Source of the DNA: an uncultured Chloroflexia bacterium
GTDB lineage: Bacteria; Chloroflexota; Limnocylindria; QHBO01
Length of the DNA stretch: 64,000 nucleotides
Direction of reading: 5' to 3'
Assembly: GCA_963844265.1 (NCBI GenBank)
Contig: CAWJMZ010000004.1
Location: 39,942 to 103,941, forward strand
Position numbers and translations under genes: made by a program. Positions 27,801-35,512 of this stretch are shown here, piece by piece. A model generated the notes under the pieces. The model worked only from the letters and a program-made list of their open reading frames with translations. It was not told where the DNA came from and ran no database searches. How positions within the stretch are numbered: position 1 is the first letter of the stretch; every line of letters starts with the position of its first letter.

Positions 27801-28355
27801 CTGATCGAGGAGGTCGACCGTTCGCAGGCCACTCGCGGCGACACCGGCGTCTCGTCGGCCAGGCTGTGGATCGTCGGGATCCTCGTCCGCCGTGGCCGCT
27901 TCGACCTGGCCCGCGAACGGCTGGCGGTGGCCGATCCTTCGCGGGACCGGCAGAACCTCGACCACACCCACGAGGCCTGGGCCGAGCTGCTCGCCGCGGA
28001 GGGCGCGTGGGACGAGGCGCCCCGCATCATGGCCGAGTCCCGCGAGTGGGCGGCGCATGGCGGGCTGCTGGCGCTGCCGGCGTTCGCGGATCGACTCGAG
28101 GGCCGGATGCTGGTCGCGACGGGCGACCCGGAACGCGGGGTCGTGTTGTTGCGCGCCGCACGGGACACCCTCGCCGGCCTGGAGGCGGCCTGGGACCGGG
28201 CGCTGACCGAACTCGACCTCGCCGATGCTCTGCTCGTCCTCGGGCGCGGCGCCGAAGCGACGGAGGCCGCGGCGGCCGCGCTGGCGACGATCGACCCGCT
28301 GGATGCGCCGCAAGAGCTCGAGCGGGCGCGTCAGCTCCTCCAGCGGCCCCGATGA
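24846..28355 (+). CDS. Multidomain signalling protein: zinc ribbon, class III adenylate/guanylate cyclase domain, P-loop STAND-type ATPase and a TPR-like C-terminal region
   Basis: The domains are CQSCG...CPHCG (zinc ribbon), VTVLFADVSGST...GDAVMAVFG...GEVMVTGDAVNVAARV (cyclase) and LYGQPGVGKSRL (Walker A). A long helical repeat region follows. I did not recognise a C-terminal LuxR-type HTH. Confidence 0.9.
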   Translation: MIACQSCGREMAEGFAFCPHCGAATTTPLEGEERKLVTVLFADVSGSTHLAETLDAEVVRDLMAAYFDIARAEIEARGGTVEKFIGDAVMAVFGVPVAHDDDPSRALHAALAIRQRLAEHNARGRSEGATELEVRIGINSGEVVSTGAQRPGEVMVTGDAVNVAARVQQLAEPGQILVTGRTASSAPEFRYSAAGPRAIRGKADQVDVSELIGADEEIAGTRRTHLRAPLVGREGELALLGSIYDRVAGERRPHLVTLYGQPGVGKSRLTAEFLDVLARRPSPPRVVRGRCLSYGSGVTFWPLAEILKGEAGIADGDAPADAMAKLDGLADRLWAADLADGRRTAALLGSTVGIGLPGFDFGHLDPEVMRAEISEAWRRFFSALAEREPMVAVIEDIHWAEPALLDILSDLGSRVQGSVLFLCPARPDLVDRNPTWGGGRPSFSAIFLDPLPREQASKLVTMLLEVEALPDGVHDRIVERAGGNPFFAEEIVRHLVDRRGADEPSVGGPAPDVAAIPIPDTVQAVIAARIDLLRPDEKQVLQAGAVVGRIFWPAPVARYLDVAPHHVVDLLRALEARDLVISRLDSSMRGEQEYIFKHALVRDVAYESIPRRDRAMAHLEVVRWIEEAVGERRIEFVELLAHHYTAAQRAAEWGRVEPDRREEIRARAVELLFDAADEAGRLFAMDRATERVTTGLELAQGPIERSRGLEALSKLALWQDNGDEAWRAAREAVDLRMAAPGPVDRRLIARMCGHLLAMPTRWPGLLRTLPSREEAAPYLELGFSMLDPGDSEERIGLLLAKAAWGWGFAEADRDPARTEIYRAAAEDAIEIARRMGRLDLLSAALDTAGAVSQEIGGYGLANVYQLQRIDLVPELDDPSEIADIIGTLAWHYVHIGEYRKATELEPSTFSERWGLNMPLLSHRTKLAFNAVALYRMARWEDFWETFRGIDATIDHGKAITYHLMRLYAAAAYLHEVAGRDADADRLIEEVDRSQATRGDTGVSSARLWIVGILVRRGRFDLARERLAVADPSRDRQNLDHTHEAWAELLAAEGAWDEAPRIMAESREWAAHGGLLALPAFADRLEGRMLVATGDPERGVVLLRAARDTLAGLEAAWDRALTELDLADALLVLGRGAEATEAAAAALATIDPLDAPQELERARQLLQRPR

Positions 28356-28383
28356 GTCGCGTGGTCTGGGAGTCCGGCCCCGT

Positions 28384-29676
28384 CTAGCGTCCCGCGGAGG
28401 CGAGTGCCTCGGCGTCCGGGAGCTCCCGCCTGCCGGTCAGCTTGTTGATCCAGCGACGCAGGCGGCGCTGAAGCACCTCGTACGAGAGGTGCTGCTGGCC
28501 AAGGGCGAAGTTGTGCTGCGCGATCGCGGCCCGACGGGCGGGATCAGCTAGGAGGCGCTTCACGTCGCGAATGGTGTCCGGCGTGATGGCTCCATCGATC
28601 TCGACGAACTTGAAGCCGAGCGGTCGAATGTCCGCTTCATACACGCTGTACCGGTTCACCAGGACCGGCTTGCCGTAGAACATCGCCTCGACGAGCGCGT
28701 TGCCGTAGCCCTCGTAGAGCGAGGGATAGGTGATGAGGTCGGCCGCGAGGTACGCGTCGTGGAGCGAATGCGCCGGGCCCAGCGGCGTGCCCTCCAGGTC
28801 CGGAGCGAACCGGTCGGCCGCGTAGCGCAGGTGCACGCCCTGCTCCTCGGCCTGGCGCTCGAGGCCGACGAGGTAGTCGAGTCCCTCGTCCCCGGCCGGA
28901 CTGGTGAGGAGGAGGATGGCATGCCGGTCGCGCAGCCGGCCCACGAGCTCGATCGCCAGCTCGATGCCCTTGCGCGGAACGACGCGGGTCGGCTGGACGA
29001 TGAGAAGCCCGCGATCGCCCATCCCCAGCTCGGCTCGCAGCTGACGGCGAATGGCCGGCCGTGGCCGCGGCCGTCGTTGCGCGAAGTCGAAGACGTTCGG
29101 CACCACGGCCGAGGCGATGCCGCGGCGGCGGCGAAGCTCCCTGGCCGCGAGGCTGTTGATGCTGACGTGGCGGATGCTGGGCAGATCGGGTGGAAACGCC
29201 TGCTCGAGCACCTCGGGGACGATGCAGGTGGCGAATCGCGCTCGTTCCCACCAGTAGTCGTGGTGGTGGCCGATCGCCGGCAGCCCGGTGCGCTCGATGA
29301 CGCGGCGCAGGGCGACTGCCAGGGGCAGCTGCATCGGGATGGCCCACGCGTTCTCGACGATGAGCAGCTCGATCCGGCGCCCGCGGATCCAGTCCTCGAT
29401 CACCGGGACGAGCTGCTCGGCGAGCCGATCGATCTCTGCACGGACCGCGTCCGCGTCGCTGTCCGGATCGAACGCGGCCGCCGTGACGCGAGCCGCCTGC
29501 GGGTAGGTGAAGTGCATCGCCGGCACCAGCCGCGCGTCCGGCCGCAGGGCGTCAACCTCGCCGCCCATGAGCCGTACCTCGTGGCCCATGCGCTCGAGGA
29601 TCGTCTCCCACTTGGCGATCTCGAACGTGACGCCGTCCACGCCCGCGACCCGCGTGGCGACGACCCCGATGTTCAT
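28384..29676 (-). CDS. Glycosyltransferase, GT-B fold (family 4-like)
   Basis: MNIGVVATRVAGVDGV at the N-terminus, then RVVPRKGIELAIE, and a C-terminal YPSLYEGYGNALVEAM with the E-x7-E-like motif. I chose the ATG at 29676, 9 nt inside the listed ORF, because TACGAT lies 7 nt upstream of it. Confidence 0.85.
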   Translation of the reverse strand: MNIGVVATRVAGVDGVTFEIAKWETILERMGHEVRLMGGEVDALRPDARLVPAMHFTYPQAARVTAAAFDPDSDADAVRAEIDRLAEQLVPVIEDWIRGRRIELLIVENAWAIPMQLPLAVALRRVIERTGLPAIGHHHDYWWERARFATCIVPEVLEQAFPPDLPSIRHVSINSLAARELRRRRGIASAVVPNVFDFAQRRPRPRPAIRRQLRAELGMGDRGLLIVQPTRVVPRKGIELAIELVGRLRDRHAILLLTSPAGDEGLDYLVGLERQAEEQGVHLRYAADRFAPDLEGTPLGPAHSLHDAYLAADLITYPSLYEGYGNALVEAMFYGKPVLVNRYSVYEADIRPLGFKFVEIDGAITPDTIRDVKRLLADPARRAAIAQHNFALGQQHLSYEVLQRRLRRWINKLTGRRELPDAEALASAGR

Positions 29677-29683
29677 GGGGCGC

Positions 29684-29704
29684 ATCGTAGCCGCGGTCTA
29701 CACT
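29684..29704. promoter_or_regulatory. Back-to-back -10-like boxes for the divergent glycosyltransferase and der genes
   Basis: The minus strand has TACGAT (29689-29684) 7 nt before the ATG at 29676. The plus strand has TACACT (29699-29704) 7 nt before the ATG at 29712. The whole intergenic gap is 35 nt. Confidence 0.4.
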
Positions 29705-29711
29705 GCCGGGC

Positions 29712-31148
29712 ATGTCGTCCCTGCCCGTGGTCGCCATCGTCGGCCGCCCGAACGTTGGGAAGAGCACCCTCTTCAACCGCCTCATCGGCCAACGGTTGGC
29801 GATCATCTCGGAGGTCGCCGGCACGACCCGCGACCGTGTGTATGGCACCTCGGAATGGAACGGCCGGACGTTCACCGTGGTCGACACCGGCGGGCTGGAA
29901 ATCGACCCGGGGACCGACATCGAGGAGCGCGTCCAGGACCAGGCCCGCGTCGCCGTCGAGGAGGCGGACCTGATCCTGTTCGTGGTCGACGCTCATGCCG
30001 GCTTGGCTCCGCTCGACTACGAGGTGGCCGACCGCCTGCGCCGGGCCGAGGCGCCGGTGATCCTGGTGGTCAACAAGGGCGACAACCCCGCGCGAGAGGC
30101 CGATGCGGTCGAGTTCTACGCCCTGGGCTTCGACCCGAGCATCACCGTCAGCGCCCAGCATGGCCGCAACACCGGGGACCTGGCGGACCTGATCGTCGAG
30201 CACCTGCCACCGCCGACCGAGGCCGAGGCGGCCGCATCGGTCATGGGCGACACGGATCTCAGCGAGGAGGAGATGGCCGAGCTCGCGGAGACCGAGCTTG
30301 GGGCGCCTCGCGTGGCGATCGTGGGGCGGCCGAACACCGGCAAGTCGACCTTCGTGAACCGGGTGCTGGGCCAGGACCGCATGATCGTCTCCGCCGTGCC
30401 CGGGACGACGCGCGACCCGATCGACACCACCATCAGGCTCGACGACCAGGAGCTCGTCCTGGTCGACACCGCCGGCATCCGACGGCGGGGGAGCATCGAG
30501 AAGGGCATCGAGCGCTACAGCGTGCTTCGCAGCATGAAGGCGATCGACTCGGCCGACGTGGCGATCGTGATGACCGATGCGAGCGAGGGCTACACGGCGC
30601 AGGACGCCCACGTGGTCGGATACGTGCTCGAGGCCGGAAAGGGCGTCGTTCTCGTGCTGAACAAGTGGGACGCGGTCGAAAAGGACGAGCACACCGCCGA
30701 TCAGTGGCTGAAGCGGCTGCGGCGTGATGCCCCGTACCTGGCCTGGGCGGACATCGTGTTCGCATCCGCGCTCACCGGCCAGCGGGTGGAGCGGATCCTG
30801 CGCGAGGCGTACCGGGTCGCGGAGGAGCGCTATCGGCGAGTGCCGACCGGGGAGCTGAACCGGTTGGTCATGGATGCCGTCCGGGCGCACCCGCCGTCGC
30901 ATGTCCGCAACCGGCTGCCCAAGGTCTTCTACGCCACCCAGGTCGGCGTGGCGCCGCCGACGTTCGTGATCTTCGTCAACGATCCGGAGATCATCCACTT
31001 CAGCTACAAGCGGTACCTGGAGAACCGGATCCGAGACGCGTACGGGTTCCTCGGCACGCCGATCAAGCTCATCCTCCGCCAGCGCGAGTCCGAGGAGGCG
31101 GCGCGCCGCTCCTCGCGGCCGCGTCGCGCGGGAGCCCGGCGTCGGTGA
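29712..31148 (+). CDS. der: Ribosome-associated GTPase Der (EngA)
   Basis: It has two tandem GTPase domains (GRPNVGKSTLFN and GRPNTGKSTFVN, each with DTGG/DTAG and NKxD) and a KH-like C-terminus. Confidence 0.96.
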   Translation: MSSLPVVAIVGRPNVGKSTLFNRLIGQRLAIISEVAGTTRDRVYGTSEWNGRTFTVVDTGGLEIDPGTDIEERVQDQARVAVEEADLILFVVDAHAGLAPLDYEVADRLRRAEAPVILVVNKGDNPAREADAVEFYALGFDPSITVSAQHGRNTGDLADLIVEHLPPPTEAEAAASVMGDTDLSEEEMAELAETELGAPRVAIVGRPNTGKSTFVNRVLGQDRMIVSAVPGTTRDPIDTTIRLDDQELVLVDTAGIRRRGSIEKGIERYSVLRSMKAIDSADVAIVMTDASEGYTAQDAHVVGYVLEAGKGVVLVLNKWDAVEKDEHTADQWLKRLRRDAPYLAWADIVFASALTGQRVERILREAYRVAEERYRRVPTGELNRLVMDAVRAHPPSHVRNRLPKVFYATQVGVAPPTFVIFVNDPEIIHFSYKRYLENRIRDAYGFLGTPIKLILRQRESEEAARRSSRPRRAGARRR

Positions 31149-32146
31149 GCGACCAGGTCGCGATCATCGGCGCCGGTGCTTGGGGCACGACCCTGGCCGT
31201 GCACCTCGCCGACGCGCAGCGGCCAGTCAGCCTGTGGGCGCACACCTCCGAGGCCGCCGAGCGCCTGGCCCATGCGCGCACGAACGACAGGTACCTGCCA
31301 GGCATCACCTTCCCGCCGAATGTGCGCGTCGTGCTGGACGATGCCGAGCTGGCCGAGCCGCATCGGCTCTATCTCCTGGCCGTTCCCTCGTCGCACGTCC
31401 GGGCCACGCTGCGACGCGTAGCATCGTCGCTGGCGCCCGGAGCGCCGATCCTGTCGGTGGTCAAGGGGATCGAGGAGGGGACGCATCTCCGGATGAGCCA
31501 GGTCGTGGCCGAGGAGGCCCCCGGTCGGCCGGTGGCCGCCCTGTCGGGCCCGAACCTGGCTCGCGAGATCGCCGCCGGCAAGCCGGCCGGATCGGTCGTG
31601 GCCTCGGATGATGCCGAAGTGGCCACCGATCTTGCGGCCGTCATGTCGTCGGAGCGGTTCCGGGTCTACACCAATCCCGACCTCGTCGGCGTCGAGCTGT
31701 GCGGCGCGCTGAAGAACGTGATGGCGCTGGCCGCCGGCATGGTCGACGGGCTGGGATTCGGTGACTCGGCCAAGGCGGGCATCATCACCCGCGGCCTTGC
31801 CGAGATGACGCGTCTCGGCGTGGCCGCCGGTGCCCACCCCCTCACGTTCGCCGGCCTGGCCGGGGTGGGGGACCTCATCGCGACGTGCATGTCGCCCCTG
31901 TCCCGCAACCGGAAGGCCGGCGAACTGATCGCCTTGGGCGTTCCGTGGCCCGAAGCGCGAGGGCGTCTCGCCGGCGTTGCGGAGGGGGTGGCGACCGTCG
32001 CCGGTGCCCTCGAGCTCGCGGCCGACCACGACGTGGAGATGCCGATCGCGGAGCAGGTGCGGGCCGTCGTGTTCGACGGCCGCGCGCCGCTGGCGGCCGT
32101 CGCCGATCTCATGGGCCGCAGCACGAAGGACGAGCTCCAGGGCTGA
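31145..32146 (+). CDS. gpsA: NAD(P)H-dependent glycerol-3-phosphate dehydrogenase
   Basis: The start overlaps the der stop by GTGA. Motifs: IGAGAWGTTLA, GPNLAREI, LKNVMALAAG and GDLIATC. Confidence 0.95.
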   Translation: MSDQVAIIGAGAWGTTLAVHLADAQRPVSLWAHTSEAAERLAHARTNDRYLPGITFPPNVRVVLDDAELAEPHRLYLLAVPSSHVRATLRRVASSLAPGAPILSVVKGIEEGTHLRMSQVVAEEAPGRPVAALSGPNLAREIAAGKPAGSVVASDDAEVATDLAAVMSSERFRVYTNPDLVGVELCGALKNVMALAAGMVDGLGFGDSAKAGIITRGLAEMTRLGVAAGAHPLTFAGLAGVGDLIATCMSPLSRNRKAGELIALGVPWPEARGRLAGVAEGVATVAGALELAADHDVEMPIAEQVRAVVFDGRAPLAAVADLMGRSTKDELQG

Positions 32147-33024
32147 TGGCGCGCCCGCTGCGATTCGGCATCTCGGTCACGCCGTACGCCGCGGAGTACG
32201 CGCAGATCCTCGAGGCGGTCCGAGTAGGCGAGGAGGGCGGGCTGGATCTCGTCGGCGTACAGGACCATCCGTATCAGCGTCGATTCCTGGACACGTACTC
32301 CCTCATCGGCGACCTGCTGGCCCGGACCGAGCGGCTGCGCTTCTTTCCCGACGTCACGAGCCTGCCCATGCGCCATCCGGCCATGATCGCGAAGGCCGCG
32401 ACATCGCTCGACATCATGAGCGGCGGGCGGTTCGAGCTCGGCCTGGGCGCCGGGGGCTTCTGGGACGCGGTTGCAGGCATGGGCGGACCGCGGCGGACGA
32501 ATCGGGACGCCTTCGCCGCACTCGAGGAGGCGATCGGCATCGTTCGCGCCGCGCTCGACGGCGAGCGCGTGGTGCGCGGCGATGGTCCGCATTACCCGGT
32601 GCCGGGGTACCCCGCGGGGCCGCCCCCCGCACATCGGGTCGGAATATGGCTCGGCGTGTACCGGCGCCGCGGCCTTGGCCTGGTCGGGCGCGTCGCCGAC
32701 GGCTGGGTTCCATCCCTCGGCTATACGGACGAGGCCAGGCTCGCCCACGCATCGCGGCTGATCGACGAGGAGGCTCGGGCTGCTGGCCGCGATCCGGATG
32801 CCATCACCAGGGTCCTCAACCTCGGCGGCACGATCACTGACGGCGAGCGCGGGGACGACGGACTCATTGGGCCGGTCGAACACTGGGTTGGGGAGCTCGC
32901 ACGGATGGCCACCGACATCGGTATCGACTCGTTCGTCTTCTGGGCGCCCCAGAACCGCGCGGACCAGGTCCGGCGCTTCGCCGATGAGGTGGTCCCGGGC
33001 GTTCGGGCCCGACTGGCTCGCTAG
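32146..33024 (+). CDS. Luciferase-like (LLM class) flavin/F420-dependent oxidoreductase
   Basis: The ATG shares one nucleotide with the gpsA stop (TGATG). It contains LDLVGVQDHPY and SLDIMSGGRFELGLGAG. Confidence 0.85.
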   Translation: MARPLRFGISVTPYAAEYAQILEAVRVGEEGGLDLVGVQDHPYQRRFLDTYSLIGDLLARTERLRFFPDVTSLPMRHPAMIAKAATSLDIMSGGRFELGLGAGGFWDAVAGMGGPRRTNRDAFAALEEAIGIVRAALDGERVVRGDGPHYPVPGYPAGPPPAHRVGIWLGVYRRRGLGLVGRVADGWVPSLGYTDEARLAHASRLIDEEARAAGRDPDAITRVLNLGGTITDGERGDDGLIGPVEHWVGELARMATDIGIDSFVFWAPQNRADQVRRFADEVVPGVRARLAR

Positions 33025-33044
33025 GTCGGGATCGGATCGGTCGC

Positions 33045-33050
33045 TATACT
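33045..33050 (+). promoter_or_regulatory. -10-like box TATACT, 12 nt upstream of tRNA-Pro
   Basis: TATACT, then tggcccttcggt, then the mature tRNA 5' end at 33063. Confidence 0.35.
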
Positions 33051-33062
33051 TGGCCCTTCGGT

Positions 33063-33140
<78 letters not shown>

Positions 33141-33218
33141 TTTTCCTCACGAGCCGCTTTGTCGCGAGCGCTTGCTTGCCCCCCGGGCGATAGCGCTGCA
33201 CCCGCTGGAGTGAGCCTC

Positions 33219-33689
33219 GTGACGACCTACGAGCTGGCTGAGACCGTCGAGCGGGCCGGCATCGGCACCGATGAGCTTCGCCGCATGGTCGAGCTGGGCA
33301 TCATCACCCCCGACGCCGAGGATCGATACCGGCCCGGCGATGTGCGCCGCGCGGAGCTGGTGAGAAGCCTGGAGGCGGCGGGCATCGGGCTGGAAGACCT
33401 GGGCGCTGCCATCCGCGACGGCAAGGTCTCGCTCGCCTTTCTCGACGCGCCGGCGTTCGACCGGTTCTCGTCGCTGAGCGACGTCACCTTCGCTCAGATG
33501 GCTGAACGGACCGGCGTACCGATCGAGCTGCTCATGCTCATCCGCGAAGCGGCCGGCTCGATGGCGCCGACTCCGGACAGTCGGATGCGCGACGCCGAGC
33601 TCGGGGTGGTCTTCCGTGACATGGGCCTGGTCGAGCTCAAGGGCGTCGCCGGGCCCGTGCATCTGCACACCGCGTCCCTGCCCCGGTAG
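33219..33689 (+). CDS. Short protein resembling the regulatory N-terminus plus the last ~25 residues of a class III cyclase, with the catalytic core absent
   Basis: GTG start with GGAG 8 nt upstream. There are two HTH-like repeats ([26 protein letters not shown] and [19 protein letters not shown]). The protein then runs straight into [21 protein letters not shown], a typical cyclase-domain C-terminal motif. The ORF-track start at 33069 would overlap the tRNA. Confidence 0.6.
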   Translation: MTTYELAETVERAGIGTDELRRMVELGIITPDAEDRYRPGDVRRAELVRSLEAAGIGLEDLGAAIRDGKVSLAFLDAPAFDRFSSLSDVTFAQMAERTGVPIELLMLIREAAGSMAPTPDSRMRDAELGVVFRDMGLVELKGVAGPVHLHTASLPR

Positions 33690-33717
33690 CGCGCCTGACG
33701 ACGCGCTGACGAACGAA

Positions 33718-33746
33718 CGCCCCTCCCCGGAGTCCGGGAAGAGGCG
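33718..33746. terminator. Shared hairpin between convergent genes
   Basis: CGCCCCTCCCCGG-agt-CCGGGAAGAGGCG forms a 13-position stem. It has two C/A mismatches on the plus-strand RNA, which become G-U pairs on the minus-strand RNA. Confidence 0.5.
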
Positions 33747-33770
33747 TCGACGTTGCGCCGTGGCGCGTGA

Positions 33771-33971
33771 TTACATGCCGTCGCTTTCGCTCGGCTCAGC
33801 CGACGGGCTGCCCATATCCATCGATTCCATGTCCATCGACTCGCTGGGAGCCCCCGTATCGACGCTCGGCAGCGTATCGAGGCTCTCATCGGTGCCCTGG
33901 TTCTGGCATCCGGCAATGGCCAGGCTGAGCACGGCAAGCGCGGCGAGGCCGCGCATCTTCCATCGGTCCAT
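33771..33971 (-). CDS. Small lipoprotein with an acidic, Met-rich mature tail
   Basis: GGGAG lies 7 nt upstream of the ATG at 33971. The signal peptide ends in the lipobox LAIAG-C. The mature 44 aa are D/E/S-rich and contain SMDMESMDMG. GC3 is high. Confidence 0.6.
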   Translation of the reverse strand: MDRWKMRGLAALAVLSLAIAGCQNQGTDESLDTLPSVDTGAPSESMDMESMDMGSPSAEPSESDGM

Positions 33972-34079
33972 CTGGTTCAGCTCCCTGCTTGCGTTCGCTT
34001 CGGACGCCCGTGGGCGCTGTGCTCCACAACGCATGTCCCGTGCCGGTCAAGCGGGGATTGCCCGGACTGCTAAGGGTTC

Positions 34080-35231
34080 TTAATCACCGCCCGACCGGGT
34101 GATGCGGAGGATGCGGTCGTCCGTGCCGTTGGCGGTCGAGACGTAGAGTGCGCCGTCGGGGCCGATGGTGGCCGCCCGCAGCCGGCCGAAGCGGCCATCG
34201 AGGAGCGGTTCCTCCGGTCCCATGGAGTCGTCGTCGCCGATTGAGAAGCGCCGCAGGTCCTCCTCCTTCAAGGTCGTGACGATGAGGCTGCCGGCCCACG
34301 AGCCCCAGCTGGAGGCCGGGAGGATCACGGCTCCGGATGTCGCCAGCGTCGAGGCACCGGAGGCCCATGCCGGCGGGGTCAGCTCGGCCTCTGCGTCGCA
34401 GGCATCGGGGATGGGTCCGATGTCGTCGGCACCGGTGACGCACGGGTAGCCGTAGTTGGCCTCGGGCCGGATCACGTTGACCTCATCGTTCACGTCTGTG
34501 CCGTGCTCGACGGCGTAGACGCTCCCATCGGCGCCGAACGCGATGCCCTGCGGATTGCGATGGCCGATCGAGTACGCGCCCGATGCGAACGGTGCGTCGG
34601 CCGGCACCGCCCCATCAATGGTGAGCCGCACCACCTTGCCGTTCAGGCTCAAGGGGTCCTGCGCACGATTCGCATCCGCCGGCTGGTTCGCGTCGCCGAT
34701 CGTGACCCACAGGTGCCCATCGGGTCCGATCTCCACCGCGCAGCCCTGGTGGCGCGGCGCGCCCTGGGCCGGCCCGATCGGCAGCGGCTCGAACGAGGCC
34801 AGGCTCCCATCGGTGCCAAGTGACGATCGCAGGACATCCACGCGCCACGCGGCGGGGTTAGCCGGGTCGTCGCCACGCGTTGCGCACACGAACACGGTCG
34901 TGCCATCGACCGCGATGCCCATCAGGCCGGACTCGAGCTCCGCCCGAACGTCGGGCACGGATGCGGTGTGGATGAGCGGTGCGCCGACCTCCGGCCCGCC
35001 GAACACGCGGACGCGTCCGGCACGCTCCGTGACGAGCATGCGGCCATCGTCGGCGAACGCGATGTCCCACGGATGCTCGAGCCCATCCTGGATGATCTCG
35101 ACCTCGAGCGGGTCACCCGGCCGCAACCAGACGAAGAGAATCGTGGCCGCCGCGAGCGCGACGGCCACGAGGAATGCCGACACGGCGAGGCGGCCGCCCC
35201 ACGTCCCGAAGGACGGGAGCGACCGCCTCAT
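34080..35231 (-). CDS. PQQ-dependent sugar dehydrogenase-like beta-propeller (sorbosone/glucose dehydrogenase family)
   Basis: It has an N-terminal TM/signal anchor. Motifs: GLEHPWDIAFADDGRMLVTERAGRVRV, GCAVEIGPDGHLWVTIGD and HRNPQGIAF. Confidence 0.88.
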   Translation of the reverse strand: MRRSLPSFGTWGGRLAVSAFLVAVALAAATILFVWLRPGDPLEVEIIQDGLEHPWDIAFADDGRMLVTERAGRVRVFGGPEVGAPLIHTASVPDVRAELESGLMGIAVDGTTVFVCATRGDDPANPAAWRVDVLRSSLGTDGSLASFEPLPIGPAQGAPRHQGCAVEIGPDGHLWVTIGDANQPADANRAQDPLSLNGKVVRLTIDGAVPADAPFASGAYSIGHRNPQGIAFGADGSVYAVEHGTDVNDEVNVIRPEANYGYPCVTGADDIGPIPDACDAEAELTPPAWASGASTLATSGAVILPASSWGSWAGSLIVTTLKEEDLRRFSIGDDDSMGPEEPLLDGRFGRLRAATIGPDGALYVSTANGTDDRILRITRSGGD

Positions 35232-35232
35232 T

Positions 35233-35255
35233 GCCGAGTGGCCGTGCTACTCGGC
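35233..35255 (-). terminator. Hairpin GCCGAGT-N9-ACTCGGC spanning the cspA stop codon
   Basis: A perfect 7-bp stem covers the cspA stop. On the minus-strand RNA it ends 1 nt before the AUG of the downstream dehydrogenase gene. There is no U-tract. Confidence 0.35.
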
Positions 35256-35450
35256 CTGAACGTTCGTTGCGCGGGGCCCGCGCGGGTTCGACTCGACCTC
35301 GAACGTCACCCGCTCGCCGCCCATGAGGCGATCGAAGTCGACCGACTCGGTCAGGCCGTCGCGATGGAAGAAGTAATCCTTGCCATCCTCGCCGGTGATA
35401 AAGCCGAAGCCACGATCGGCAACGACCTTCTTGATGGTGCCACTGGCCAT
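35247..35450 (-). CDS. cspA: Cold-shock protein (CspA family)
   Basis: GTIKKVVADRGFGFITGEDGKDYFFH carries the RNP1 and RNP2 motifs. The product is 67 aa and AGGAGG lies upstream. Confidence 0.95.
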   Translation of the reverse strand: MASGTIKKVVADRGFGFITGEDGKDYFFHRDGLTESVDFDRLMGGERVTFEVESNPRGPRATNVQAE

Positions 35451-35512
35451 GAGAGGCCTCCTAACGGTAGAACCGCAAGGGTACTCCCCTCAGCGAGGTA
35501 GCATCCGGTCCG

